NCBI GenBank assembly: GCA_965221775.1 | Contig: CBDCSU010000006.1 | Span: 512,001-576,000, forward strand | DNA from: Candidatus Latescibacterota bacterium | GTDB taxonomy: Bacteria > Latescibacterota > UBA2968 > UBA8231 | Direction of reading: 5' to 3' | Length of the DNA: 64,000 bases | Shown: positions 8,676-18,700 of the stretch, piece by piece | Position numbering within the stretch: the first letter of the stretch is position 1 | Layout of the letters: every line of letters starts with the position of its first letter | The notes under the pieces: generated by a model | What the model saw: only the letters and a program-made list of their open reading frames with translations | What the model was told of the DNA's origin: nothing | The model's database searches: none | Translations under genes and position numbers: made by a program

Positions 8676-9956
8676 ATGCGACGCAGAGGTTTCCTCGTCA
8701 AGACGGCAGGGGTGCTCGGCGCCGCCTCCGTGCGCACCGCCATGGGTGAACCCTCCCCCGGTCCTGGCGCACCCGCCGAGGCGGATCCGGCCTCGGACGG
8801 GGAGGCCTTCTGGTCCAGCGTGCGCCAGCGGTTCCCCCTCACCCGGGAGCGCGTCTACCTGAACACGGCCGGGCTGGGCCCTTCGCCCCAGGCGGTGATC
8901 GACGCCGTCCACCGCAAGACGGTGGAGCTGGAGGAGATCTCGGAGACCGGCCACACACAGGAGGTATGGCAGGCGCTCAAGGAGCGCGGGGCCCGCCTCT
9001 TCGGCTGCGAGGCGGAGGAGCTCGCCTTCACCCGCAACACCACCGAGGGCGTCAACATCGTCTGCAACGGCCTTCCCCTCGGCGCCGGCGACGAGGTGAT
9101 CACCTCCACCCACGAGCACGTGGGCAATACCATCTCCTGGATCGCCCGCGCCCGCCGCGACGGGATCCGCATGCGCGTCTTCGAGCCCGCGGTTCAATCG
9201 GCGGCCGAGACCGTGGACCGCATCGCCCGGCTGATCACCCCCCGCACGCGGGCGATCTCCATCTCCCACGTGACCACCACCACGGGACAGGTCCTGCCGG
9301 TGGAGGAGATCGGCCGCCTCGCGGCGCGGCACGGCCTGTGGTACTTCATCGACGGCGCCCAGTCGGCAGGCCAGCTCGTCCTCGACGTGCGCGGCATCGG
9401 CTGCCACGCCTACGCCACCAGCGGCCACAAGTGGCTCCTCGGCCCCAAGGGCACGGGGTTGCTCTACGTTGCCCGCGACGCTCTCGACGCGATCCAGGCC
9501 CGCTGGGTGGGCGCCTGGTCCAACGAGGGCGCCTTCGACATGGCCACGGGCGAATTCGCCTTCCACCCCTCCGCGCAGCGCTACGAGTACGGCACCATGA
9601 GCACCCCCCTCTTCCACGGCCTGGGGGCGGCCATGGAGTTTCTCCTCGACCTGGGCATGGAGCGCGTCTGGCAGCGTGACCAGGCTCTCGGGCGGCGGCT
9701 GATCGCGGGTCTGCAGGAGGCCGGCGCCGAGGTCCTCTCCCCCCTCCAGCCGGGGGAGCACAGCGCCATCGTCTCCTTCCGGCTCGAGGGGATGCCCCGG
9801 CCGGAGCTGCAGCAGCGGCTGGCCCGGGAGCACCGGATCCGCTCCCGGGGGATCTACGAAGGCGGGCTGGAGGCCGTGCGCGTCTCCCCCCACGTCTTCA
9901 GCCTGGCCGACGACGTGGACCGCGTCATCGAGGCGGTGCGCCAGCTTCGCGGCTGA
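8676..9956 (+). CDS. Tat-exported class V PLP-dependent enzyme (isopenicillin N epimerase/PvdN-like)
   Basis: MRRRGFL twin-arginine signal; YLNTAGLG, NTTEG, DGAQSAG, SGHKW (PLP Lys); GAGGAGG RBS. Confidence 0.85.
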   Translation: MRRRGFLVKTAGVLGAASVRTAMGEPSPGPGAPAEADPASDGEAFWSSVRQRFPLTRERVYLNTAGLGPSPQAVIDAVHRKTVELEEISETGHTQEVWQALKERGARLFGCEAEELAFTRNTTEGVNIVCNGLPLGAGDEVITSTHEHVGNTISWIARARRDGIRMRVFEPAVQSAAETVDRIARLITPRTRAISISHVTTTTGQVLPVEEIGRLAARHGLWYFIDGAQSAGQLVLDVRGIGCHAYATSGHKWLLGPKGTGLLYVARDALDAIQARWVGAWSNEGAFDMATGEFAFHPSAQRYEYGTMSTPLFHGLGAAMEFLLDLGMERVWQRDQALGRRLIAGLQEAGAEVLSPLQPGEHSAIVSFRLEGMPRPELQQRLAREHRIRSRGIYEGGLEAVRVSPHVFSLADDVDRVIEAVRQLRG

Positions 9957-9965
9957 AACGCACGA

Positions 9966-9994
9966 AGGCCCCGGGGACATCTCCCCCGGGGCCT
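9966..9994. terminator. Hairpin between convergent genes
   Basis: AGGCCCCGGGG-N7-CCCCGGGGCCT, 11-bp perfect stem; no clear U-tract. Confidence 0.5.
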
Positions 9995-10031
9995 CCGAGA
10001 CTGACTGGTATTGCGCCGCGCTCCGGCGGAA

Positions 10032-11078
10032 TCAGAACCCCAGCAGCAGCGACACCCGGTGCACGTTGTCGAGGATGCCGAACTGCGTGTACGCGTAGTC
10101 CACGGTGACGTCGTAGCTCGACCATGGGACGTGGACGCCCAGGCCGAAGCTGGCTCCCTCCTCGGTGCGCGGCGCGTCGAAGCCGGCGCCGGTGACCTCG
10201 TCCACCTTGCTGTCCTCCACGCCGGAGTAATTCAGCTTGTAACCCCCGCGGAGGCTCAGGTACTCCATCACCTCCACCTCGGCGGCGCTGTAGAGCAACT
10301 GCTCGCCGTCCTGGGGCTTGGTGGCGTCGGAGAGCAGGGTCACCTTCACCTGGTCCGCCTGCTCGTAGACCTCGATGGCCGCCCCCACGCTGAAGGCCAG
10401 CGGCAGAGGGGCGCCGATGTTGTAGAAGGTCAGGTCGTTGCCCAGGTTGTTGATGCGCGCCCCGAGCCGGGCGTTGCGGAAGCCCACGTGGTAGATCGCG
10501 CCGAAGTCGAGAGCCATGGCGCTCGCGCCGACGCCGTCGATCGACTGCTGCACCATCTTGCCCGTCGCTCCCAGGGCCAGCCGGTCGGTCACGTTGCGGG
10601 CCCAGGTCACCTGCAGAGCCAGGTCCGAGTAGTCGTAGGAGCCCGATCCCGTGTCGCGGAACCCGGTGTAGGTGGCGTCCAGGAAGCCCGGGACCTGGTC
10701 CCGGTCGAGGCCGCCGCCGTTGTCGATCCCGGCCAGGGAGAGGTTGATCACTCCGATCCCGAAGGTGCCCGCGTCGCCGAAGTTCCGGGTGACGCCGACG
10801 GCGTGGTGGCCGAGGTCGGCGATCCACTGGTTGTAGGAGTAGGTCACCTGGCTGCGGCCCCGCGGCAGGGCGATGCCCGCCGGGTTCCAGAACATCTGCG
10901 TGGCGTCGCCGGCCACCGACGTATAGGCCGAGCCGAGGGCCACCGCCCGGGCGCCGACGCCGATCTTGAGGAAGGCGCCGCCGGTGATGCCCGACTTGCG
11001 AACGGCCGCCTCCGACGAGTCGGCCCAGACGAGGGCGCCGAGGGCCAGCCACAACACCGCGCTCTTGTGAAGCTTCAT
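10032..11078 (-). CDS. PorV/PorQ-family (FadL-like) outer-membrane beta-barrel
   Basis: AFLKIGVGARAVALGSAYTSVAGDATQMFWNPAG signature; signal peptide; C-terminal HRVSLLLGF. Confidence 0.85.
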   Translation of the reverse strand: MKLHKSAVLWLALGALVWADSSEAAVRKSGITGGAFLKIGVGARAVALGSAYTSVAGDATQMFWNPAGIALPRGRSQVTYSYNQWIADLGHHAVGVTRNFGDAGTFGIGVINLSLAGIDNGGGLDRDQVPGFLDATYTGFRDTGSGSYDYSDLALQVTWARNVTDRLALGATGKMVQQSIDGVGASAMALDFGAIYHVGFRNARLGARINNLGNDLTFYNIGAPLPLAFSVGAAIEVYEQADQVKVTLLSDATKPQDGEQLLYSAAEVEVMEYLSLRGGYKLNYSGVEDSKVDEVTGAGFDAPRTEEGASFGLGVHVPWSSYDVTVDYAYTQFGILDNVHRVSLLLGF

Positions 11079-11113
11079 CTTTCCGATCCTCCGTTCCGCA
11101 TTGCCCAGTGGAG

Positions 11114-13591
11114 TCACTGCAGGATGGCGAAGTGGCCGGTCTGCTTGCCGCCGGGGTACTCCGCCACGTAGATGTAGAGACCGCTGGTGACCTCGATGCC
11201 GTCCTTGGAGAACATGTCCCAGAACAGGGTGCCGTCGAACTCGTTGGTGCCGTCGAAGCGAAGGACGTCGATCACCTGCCCGGAGACGTCGAGGATGGTG
11301 ATCTCCGTCCCCGTGGGCAGGTTGATGAACAGGATCTTGTGCTGCTCACCGGTGTCGTGCAGGGCCTGGCGCTTGTAGGGGTTGGGCAGCACCCGGATCG
11401 CCAGGTTGCCCGCCACCAGGTCCCCGGCATCGGCCAGGGGCGCCTTCAGGATGAAGGGCGCGCCGATGTCCTTGAGAGAGTTCAGATCGTTGGGGTCGGG
11501 GTAGAAGGCGTTGGCGGTGGTCCACCAGTAGGTCCCCTCCCACGACCCGGAGGCCCCGTTGACGTTGTTGCGGTGGGTCTCCAGCGAGGTGTAGGGCCAG
11601 CCGTTGATCTCGCCCTGCTCGTCGTCGTAGGCGGCCACGTAGTAGTAGTAGGTGAACCCGAAGCTCACCAGGTCGCTGTCGTCGGTGAACTTGTAGTTGT
11701 AGGTGCCGCTGTCGTCGCCGTCGTTCATGTAGGAACCCAGGTCGCCGGCGGGGATGTTGGCGATCAGCCGGTAGGGGCCCCAGGCGTTGGGCTCCTGGTC
11801 GCGATAGGCGTCGGAGCTGATGTTCGGGTTGTTGGCCCGGCCGAAGGCCGCCAGCTGGGCGTCGCTGGGATTCGCCTCCGTCTGCTCGTGATAGCGGTCG
11901 AGCATGCGGATGCCGAGCTGGCGCGTGTCCACCCGCGGGAAGGGCGTGGACCGGTAGATCTTGTACCCTGCGAAGTCCGCCGCCGACTCGGCCCGGTCGT
12001 CCCACTTGACCTCGATGTTGAGGTCGGGGTCGGGACGGCTCGGAGCCACCTTGATGTCGGGCGTCGGGGGCGGCGCCGGCACCTGCCAGTTGTTCTCGTA
12101 GGCCCACTGGGCGGCCGAGCGCGCCCGTCGGACACCCTGCAGCCGGAACCCGCCGTACTCCGCCATGGTGATGTTGATCGTCTCCCCCACCTCCAGCGAG
12201 AAGGGGCCGACGCCGACGTAGTGGTCGCCGTCGAAGCCGTGGCCGATGGTGTACCCCGCGTCCCAGTCGGAGTCGCTGCCGTCGGGCAGGGCGCCGGCGT
12301 TGCCCTTCTCCCAGTTCTGGGCGAAGGTGCCGTTGTACTTCATGTCCCCGCGCGGCTGGCCCCGCTCCCCCTCGGGCTTGACGGCGGCCACGAAGCTCAG
12401 CGGGTTGCCCTCGACGATGTCGGGATGGGTGGCGTCGAAGTAGTTGGGATCGGGCCTGAGGACGAAGGCGGTGCGGTCGGAGATCCGGCCGCCGTTCTCG
12501 TAGAAGGTGCCCATGGAGAGAACGTGGTTCTCCCAGGGGTTGTGATCGTTGTTGCCGTAACCCTTGCTCACCGAGGTGTACCAGCCGCGCTCCGCCCCGG
12601 TGCCGACGGGATGGCTGTCGAAGATCGTCTTCTTGTCCGGCTGGTCGAAGCTGGAGCCATCGCCCGGAAGGGCGCCCTCCTTGACCGCCATCCACTGGGA
12701 GCCGGTGTAGATGTCGTAGTAGTAGTGGCGCCGGCGCATGGTGTTGCCCAGCTCGCGGCTGCCGTCCGGGGCCCAGGGAATGCCGTCAGGACCGGTCTCG
12801 CTCAACTGGGAAGGGGCCGGACCGGTGAAGGTGACCGGCACGTCCCACGGGTTGCCGTCGGCGTCGGGGGTGGCGTCGTAGCCGCTCACCGGACCGGTGA
12901 ACCAGCCGGCCGCGCCGCGCCTCCCCGCCTGGCTGTTGGACATGGAGTTGATCAGCTCGTTGCGCAGGTTGAGGACCAGGGCCTCGATCCTGCGCCCCGT
13001 CTGCTCGGGGTTGCCGTCGCCGTCGGGATCGAAGACGCCCGTGTTGGTCAGCTCGAGCTCGAGGACGAGGAAGTCGTTCATGTTGGCGTGGTTGAGGGAC
13101 CACTGGCGGATGCGGTACTTCACGTCCACGCCGATGTTCGTCGGCGTCGAGCCCTCGTAGATCATCTGGTGCCGGTGGCCGGGGTCCACCCAGCGGGCGC
13201 CGTCGTCCGCCGTCCCGGATCCGAGGGCCGGCGTCTGGAAGGCGTACACGTAGTCCTTGGCGCGGGGATCGGAGGAGGTGGTGAAGTTGTTGATCCCCGG
13301 ACTGTATTCGATCATCTCCAAGGCCTGCTTCCAGGGGATGTGGATGTTCTCTCCCCCGGGGTACATCTGGGTGGGCGTCGTCCACTGGCGGTCGAGGTTG
13401 CCCACGCGGAACAGGTAGTAGAGCTGGTTGGGGTCGGTCTCCACCTCGTAGTAGGTCTTGCCCACGTTGGTCGGCAGGTAGGTCTCCCACAGGTCGCCCG
13501 CCATGATGACGCCCGGGCCCTGCGCGCCTGCCGTCCCGGCGAGGAGCAACACCAGGATGCCGGCGCTCGCCGGCTTCAGGTACTTGATCAT
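11114..13591 (-). CDS. Large secreted protein with C-terminal FlgD-Ig/T9SS-like sorting domain
   Basis: Signal peptide (AGA-Q); DPDGDG motif; FN3-like VKWD..FAGYKIYR..YYYYVAAYD; C-terminal VLPNPY...WD...SGLYIY...GHFAILQ. Confidence 0.8.
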   Translation of the reverse strand: MIKYLKPASAGILVLLLAGTAGAQGPGVIMAGDLWETYLPTNVGKTYYEVETDPNQLYYLFRVGNLDRQWTTPTQMYPGGENIHIPWKQALEMIEYSPGINNFTTSSDPRAKDYVYAFQTPALGSGTADDGARWVDPGHRHQMIYEGSTPTNIGVDVKYRIRQWSLNHANMNDFLVLELELTNTGVFDPDGDGNPEQTGRRIEALVLNLRNELINSMSNSQAGRRGAAGWFTGPVSGYDATPDADGNPWDVPVTFTGPAPSQLSETGPDGIPWAPDGSRELGNTMRRRHYYYDIYTGSQWMAVKEGALPGDGSSFDQPDKKTIFDSHPVGTGAERGWYTSVSKGYGNNDHNPWENHVLSMGTFYENGGRISDRTAFVLRPDPNYFDATHPDIVEGNPLSFVAAVKPEGERGQPRGDMKYNGTFAQNWEKGNAGALPDGSDSDWDAGYTIGHGFDGDHYVGVGPFSLEVGETINITMAEYGGFRLQGVRRARSAAQWAYENNWQVPAPPPTPDIKVAPSRPDPDLNIEVKWDDRAESAADFAGYKIYRSTPFPRVDTRQLGIRMLDRYHEQTEANPSDAQLAAFGRANNPNISSDAYRDQEPNAWGPYRLIANIPAGDLGSYMNDGDDSGTYNYKFTDDSDLVSFGFTYYYYVAAYDDEQGEINGWPYTSLETHRNNVNGASGSWEGTYWWTTANAFYPDPNDLNSLKDIGAPFILKAPLADAGDLVAGNLAIRVLPNPYKRQALHDTGEQHKILFINLPTGTEITILDVSGQVIDVLRFDGTNEFDGTLFWDMFSKDGIEVTSGLYIYVAEYPGGKQTGHFAILQ

Positions 13592-13622
13592 CGTATTTCC
13601 TCCCATGGAGTCCCTGATCGGC

Positions 13623-16565
13623 TCAGAAGTCCAGGCTCACGCCGAGCCCGATCTGGCGCGGCGGACCGTACAGCGGGATCGACTGGCCGCTGAAGGCGCG
13701 GTTCAACTCCCCTGTCGGATCCTGCTCCTCTTCCCACAGGACCTGGCTGGGGATGGTGGAATTGTCGAAAGCCAGCACGTTCTCCCGGTCCAGCAGGTTG
13801 GTGATCTCCAGGAAGAGGCCCGCCCGGGTGCCGAGCAGCTCCAGCCCCCGGGTGAGGCGCACGTCCGTGCTCGCGTTCATCGGGCCCCGCTCCGTGGCGC
13901 GCTCGCGGGGATCCTCCGAAGTCTGGGTCAGCGCGTAGAGGAAGCCGCTCTCCAGGCTCTGGATCAGCGACAGGTCGATACCGCCGGGCAGCTGCGCGAG
14001 CAGGGACAGGCTCAACTGGTGGGCGCGGTCGAAGCCGGTGGTGAGGGAGTTGTTCCCTCCCCGCACGTTGCGCTCCACCGTGTTGAAGGTCTCCCGGTCC
14101 TCCAGGGGGATCTCCGTGTCGCCGGCGGCAAAGGCGTAGCTCGTCTTGTCGGGGTACGGCGTCAGCCGGCCGGCTCCGCCCGAGGCCTTGATGTAGCTGA
14201 AGGCGTAGTTCAGGCGCCCCGAGATCATCTTGCCCGGACGCCGGAAGAGGGAGAGCTCGATGCCGCGGGCGTCGGCGTAGCCGAAGCTCGTGGTGAAGGT
14301 ATAGGAGCCGAAGCCGGCGCCGGCGGAGGGGTCGGGGTTAATGGCGTAGCCGATGCGCCCGTAGTTCTCGATGTCGCGGTAGTAGGCGGTGATGTCGGCG
14401 AGGTAGTCGGGATGGAAGCCCCACTGCAGGCCCATCTCGTAGGCCGTGGCCTCCGGCGGATCGGCGTTCACGTCGCGCACGTTCGGCAGCGACGGATTGG
14501 CGAAGGTGCCGTACTCGTCGTAGAGCTGCGAGAACGGGGGCGGCGTGTAGAACTTGCCCCACGAGTAGTGCATCGCCGCCGTCTCGGAGATCGGGTGCGA
14601 AATGCCGAGGCGCGGCTGCCAGAACATCTTGGTATCGGCGTCGTCGCCGAGGCGCGCCTTGCGCGTGATCTGGCCGTTGGACAGCGTGTCCTGCATGGAG
14701 GGATTGAAGAAGTCGGCCAGGACCTGCGCCCCCGGGTTGAACATGTCGAGGCGCACGCCGGCGTTCACGATGACGCCCTCGTACTCCATCTTGTCCTGCA
14801 CGTAGAGGGCGGTCTCCACCGGATTGAGGGTGTACGCCGTCGTCTCGAAGGGGAAGTTCGGGTCGTAGATGACCTTGACCTGCGTGCGCTGCTGGTACTG
14901 ATCCAGGGTGTGGCGCCGGTAGAGCAGGCCGGTCTTCAACTGGTGGTGAAAGTTGTACTGGTGGGTGAGGTCGGCCTTGAGCTGAGTGACGTTGCGCTTG
15001 AGTTCCTCATAGTAGAACCCGGGCTGGCCGAAGCGGTACTGGTTGTTGGAGAAGCCCAGGGTGAAGAACCGCTCGTTCCCCGGGTCGGAAGTGAAGAAGG
15101 TGAAGTTGCCGTCGGCGTCGACGGCGCTTCCTCCCACGCCCAGGTAACGCTCGGACTCCTCGGCCGAGTCGATGCGGATGAAGTCCCCGCCCTCGTCCAG
15201 GGTGGAGACGCCGTCGCCGTTGTCGTCGGAGAACCCGAACTCGCTCGTCCGGTTGAGCTGGGAGAGCTTGACGTCGACGATGGTCCGGTCCGAAACGGTG
15301 TGGGTCAGGCCCAGGTAGCCCAGGACTCCGAGCTTCTTGTTGCCGATCGCCCCTTGCGGGTAGAACTTGAAGCGGCCGTTGAAATCGCGGTTCACCCAGC
15401 CGCCGAGTCGGCCGCCGTCGTCGACCGACACGTTGGCGGTGACCTTGAGGGCGTTGGTGGGCCGGTGGGTGGCCTTGAGGGAGAAGCGGGCACCGCGGTT
15501 CAGGGTGTTGGAGAAGTTGCCCTTGTCGTCGAGGAAGCGGCCGCTGAAGAAGAAGTTGCCCCGGCGTGTGAGGGGGCCGCCCACGGAGAGCTCGAGCTCG
15601 TGGCGCAGGGCGTCGCCGTAGCCGATCTCGTCGATGGTGCTCTCGTCGAAGCCGTAGTACTCCGCCTTCGCCTTCTCGGCATCGTCGTCGGCATTGGCGA
15701 GGGCGGCGCGCTCCTCGAGGTATTTGGAGAGATCGTTGTAGACGTCGGGACCGGCGTTCTTCGTCCCCGGGCCGGTGCGGTAGAACACGCGGGTCTCGAG
15801 TTCCTCGCCGCCCTCCCGCGAGACGACGTTGACGATGCCGGCGGTGGCCGCGTCGTACTCGGCGTTGAAGGTCCCGGAGATCACGTCCAGGCTCTGCACG
15901 GAGGAGGCGTTGACCCCGACCGAGGTGAACTCGCTGCCCACCGAGCGGTGGGTCGCCGTGTAGGGCGAGTAGACGCCGTTGCCCTCGCCGGCACGGAAGT
16001 AGCTGTCGGAGACGTCGATGCCGTCGAGCAGGACCTTGGTGTCGGCCTTGCGACCGCCGCGGATGAAGCCGCGGAAGGAACTCGGCGTGGTGTTGATCAG
16101 GTCCTGCAGGCCGGAGACCGGCATGCTGTTGTTGATCTCGCTGGGATCGATGGTCTGGCGGGTCGAGGTCAGGCTCTTCTCCACCGGGGGCCGCTCGGCG
16201 AGGACCACGACCACGGGCCCCTTGATCGCCTCGGTGGCGAGGGCGAAGTCGACCGTGGTCGTCAGGTCCAGCCGCACGGCCACCTCGGTCTTCTGAACGG
16301 TCTGATGGCCCACGTGGCCGGCCTCGACGACGTAGCGGCCGGGCGGCACGTTGAGGATGAAGTAGCGCCCCTCGTCGTCGGTGACGGTCCCCACACGGAA
16401 GCCGCCGACCTCGGTGCTCACCCGGGCCCCAATCAGGGCCTGCCCCGAATCGTCGGTGATCGTGCCCGAGATCTTGCCGTAGCTGGCCGACGCGGGCTGG
16501 GCGCCCAGCGCCAGGGCCAGCACCACGAGGGCGAGTGCGGGTCGAACCCTTTGCAGCACCTCCAT
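13623..16565 (-). CDS. TonB-dependent receptor with N-terminal carboxypeptidase-regulatory-like domain
   Basis: GKISGTITD...GRYFILNVPPGRY; plug motifs IRGG and GTFNAEY; YVQDKMEY, PRLGISHP; terminal PPRQIGLGVSLDF. Confidence 0.9.
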   Translation of the reverse strand: MEVLQRVRPALALVVLALALGAQPASASYGKISGTITDDSGQALIGARVSTEVGGFRVGTVTDDEGRYFILNVPPGRYVVEAGHVGHQTVQKTEVAVRLDLTTTVDFALATEAIKGPVVVVLAERPPVEKSLTSTRQTIDPSEINNSMPVSGLQDLINTTPSSFRGFIRGGRKADTKVLLDGIDVSDSYFRAGEGNGVYSPYTATHRSVGSEFTSVGVNASSVQSLDVISGTFNAEYDAATAGIVNVVSREGGEELETRVFYRTGPGTKNAGPDVYNDLSKYLEERAALANADDDAEKAKAEYYGFDESTIDEIGYGDALRHELELSVGGPLTRRGNFFFSGRFLDDKGNFSNTLNRGARFSLKATHRPTNALKVTANVSVDDGGRLGGWVNRDFNGRFKFYPQGAIGNKKLGVLGYLGLTHTVSDRTIVDVKLSQLNRTSEFGFSDDNGDGVSTLDEGGDFIRIDSAEESERYLGVGGSAVDADGNFTFFTSDPGNERFFTLGFSNNQYRFGQPGFYYEELKRNVTQLKADLTHQYNFHHQLKTGLLYRRHTLDQYQQRTQVKVIYDPNFPFETTAYTLNPVETALYVQDKMEYEGVIVNAGVRLDMFNPGAQVLADFFNPSMQDTLSNGQITRKARLGDDADTKMFWQPRLGISHPISETAAMHYSWGKFYTPPPFSQLYDEYGTFANPSLPNVRDVNADPPEATAYEMGLQWGFHPDYLADITAYYRDIENYGRIGYAINPDPSAGAGFGSYTFTTSFGYADARGIELSLFRRPGKMISGRLNYAFSYIKASGGAGRLTPYPDKTSYAFAAGDTEIPLEDRETFNTVERNVRGGNNSLTTGFDRAHQLSLSLLAQLPGGIDLSLIQSLESGFLYALTQTSEDPRERATERGPMNASTDVRLTRGLELLGTRAGLFLEITNLLDRENVLAFDNSTIPSQVLWEEEQDPTGELNRAFSGQSIPLYGPPRQIGLGVSLDF

Positions 16566-16719
16566 GGCCTCTCCTCCGGAGTGGTTCCTCAGGGCTCCGG
16601 CGCACGGTGTCCGTCGACGGTGCGACGGGTTGCCGCAGCCGTGCGGAGCCGGAACAGCGGAACTGACTGTGAATTCTGCGAAAGTGCGAAACTTTCAGTT
16701 TAGGGCCGCAGGGCCCGAT

Positions 16720-16749
16720 TGCGCAACGTTTTTTTTGGCAACGTTTTCA
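16720..16749 (-). promoter_or_regulatory. Two candidate LacI-family operators upstream of the TonB receptor operon
   Basis: TGGCAACGTTTTCA (16736-16749) and TGCGCAACGTTTTT; GCAACGTTTT repeated 15 bp apart in an AT-rich intergenic patch. Confidence 0.5.
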
Positions 16750-16780
16750 CGGAGTGCCCCGGCCCGCGCCACCGGTCGGA

Positions 16781-18700
16781 CTACCAGAAGAACAGGTGGT
16801 TGCCGGTCATGCCGGTGATCCCGTCGATGAGACACCACAGGCCCCCGGTGGCGTAGTGTCCGAGGATGAGCCCCAGGAAGAAAGGCCGGGCCCGGCGGTA
16901 GAGGGTGACGCCGCCGTAGCGCAGGACCGACGCCTTCACCAGCCAGCCGATGAAGATGCTGGGCATGAGGTGGTGGGTGGTCCACATGGCGCTGATGGGA
17001 AAGGCGATGGGATGCACCGGGAACCAGAGGAACCGCTTGGAGGCCAGGGTCAGGGCCAGCTGCACCGCCCCGCCCGCGCCGGTGACGCCGAGGAACTCCC
17101 AGGTGAGGTTCGCCGGGTTGGCGAGGTGGTAGGCGGTGAAGGTGTAGGGCAGGGTGGCGGCCCTCTCTCCGAAGAACCAGAAGCTGAGGTTGAGGGCGCC
17201 GTGGCGGTAGCCGAGGGTCAGGACCGTGGCCGCGGAGGCGCCGGCGGCGCACAGCACGGCCAGCAGGACGGCGGCGGCCAGGCGGCGCCGGTGCCGGGTG
17301 ATGTACTCCTCGGCCAGCCGCAGGCCGTGGATGACGGCGGCCATCAGAGTGACGCGCATCCCACCCGCCCAGGGGAAGGTCATGCCGAGGGCGCCGAGGT
17401 TGGCGTGTCCGAGGGCGCTGGCGCCGAAGGTGCCGATGAGGGCGTCCACCGGCACCAGGGGAGCCTTGGTCACCGCCAGCCCGCCTTCGGCGACGATCCG
17501 GGTGAGTCCGAACATCACCCCCAGGGCGGTGGCGATCAGTAGCGGCGCCAGCCACCAGGCCATGCCGGCGGCGTGGAGCCAGATCCACATGACCAGCATC
17601 GATGCCCCCAGCAGGCCGACGGCCTGGCGGTACGACAGGATCTCGCCGCCGTCCTCGCCGGCGCCGGCGGCGACCTGGCGCCAGATCCGCTTCAGGTGGT
17701 GGCGGGCGACCCACAAGGAGCTGGCGGCGAGCACCGCCAGGGCCCCGAAGCCCTGGTAGGCCAGGTAGGCCGAGCCGAGGGCGATCCCCTCGACGCGCTG
17801 GGTCCCGGGGACTCCGAAGTGCAGGAGCACGGCCCGCTCGAGGGTGGTCAGCAGCCCGAGGAACCACATGCTGAAGCCGAGCTTGGTACTCAGCAGGAAA
17901 CCGAAGCCGACGACAGCGTGGCTGATCGACCAGCGCAGCTGGAACTTGCCGTCCCAGAAGTAGTAGTACTTCCAGATCGGCACCCCCTCGGGCACGATGG
18001 GGTAGTAGTTGTGCAGGGCCCGCAGGGAGTACTGCAGGAAGGGGATCAGGATGCCGATCCAGACGGCGGGATTGCGGAAGAAGGCGCTGATGACCCTGCC
18101 CCCCTCCCCCTCCTCGCCGATCATCGAGATCGGCACCTGCACGAGGGGGAAGGTGAGCCGCTCGTGCTGGATCCACTGCTTGCGCACCAGCACCATGAGC
18201 GCCGTCATCGCCGCGTACGCCGCCAGCAGCATCGGCAGCCATCCCAGCAGCGGCGCCAGCCACGCCATCCAGGGCAGGGGCGTGCCCGACGGCAGCCCCT
18301 CGTAGAACCACTTGACCGCCTGCGAGTCGGAGACCCGCATCCACTCCGGCAGGAAGGGCACGATCTCCTCGGCCCAGCCGTTCTCCGGCGTGGAGAAGTA
18401 GGTCCCCGAGGAGATGTGGGGCAGGAGCTGGCAGACGAGGCCGAGGGTCGGGATCGTGCAGGCCACGGCGGCCATGATGTAGACCGTGGCCTGCTCGGCG
18501 GCGGTGAACCGCCAGCTCCGCCGCAGCAGGCCGAGGAGGGGGTTGGCCGCCAGCAGGAACAGCAGGAAGAAGAACACCGCCCCCGGCGTACTGTAGTCGA
18601 AGTGCAGCGGCGAGCCGGAGACGATCAGGTTCTCGTAGGGAGCGGCCACCCCCAGCAGGACGGAGACCACGGCGCCGGCGAAGAGGGCGCGGAAGGTCAC
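16781..18700 (-). CDS. DUF6785/DUF6784-type polytopic membrane protein (putative transporter)
   Basis: STPENGW, WMAWLAPLLGW, RKQWIQHERLTFPL, PVHPIAF and RPFFLGLILG motifs; start uncertain (GTG 18700 chosen). Confidence 0.75.
   Translation of the reverse strand: MTFRALFAGAVVSVLLGVAAPYENLIVSGSPLHFDYSTPGAVFFFLLFLLAANPLLGLLRRSWRFTAAEQATVYIMAAVACTIPTLGLVCQLLPHISSGTYFSTPENGWAEEIVPFLPEWMRVSDSQAVKWFYEGLPSGTPLPWMAWLAPLLGWLPMLLAAYAAMTALMVLVRKQWIQHERLTFPLVQVPISMIGEEGEGGRVISAFFRNPAVWIGILIPFLQYSLRALHNYYPIVPEGVPIWKYYYFWDGKFQLRWSISHAVVGFGFLLSTKLGFSMWFLGLLTTLERAVLLHFGVPGTQRVEGIALGSAYLAYQGFGALAVLAASSLWVARHHLKRIWRQVAAGAGEDGGEILSYRQAVGLLGASMLVMWIWLHAAGMAWWLAPLLIATALGVMFGLTRIVAEGGLAVTKAPLVPVDALIGTFGASALGHANLGALGMTFPWAGGMRVTLMAAVIHGLRLAEEYITRHRRRLAAAVLLAVLCAAGASAATVLTLGYRHGALNLSFWFFGERAATLPYTFTAYHLANPANLTWEFLGVTGAGGAVQLALTLASKRFLWFPVHPIAFPISAMWTTHHLMPSIFIGWLVKASVLRYGGVTLYRRARPFFLGLILGHYATGGLWCLIDGITGMTGNHLFFW

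Noticed and set aside
8676-9956. Cysteine desulfurase sufS/iscS
   Set aside because: No catalytic Cys loop, and carries a Tat signal
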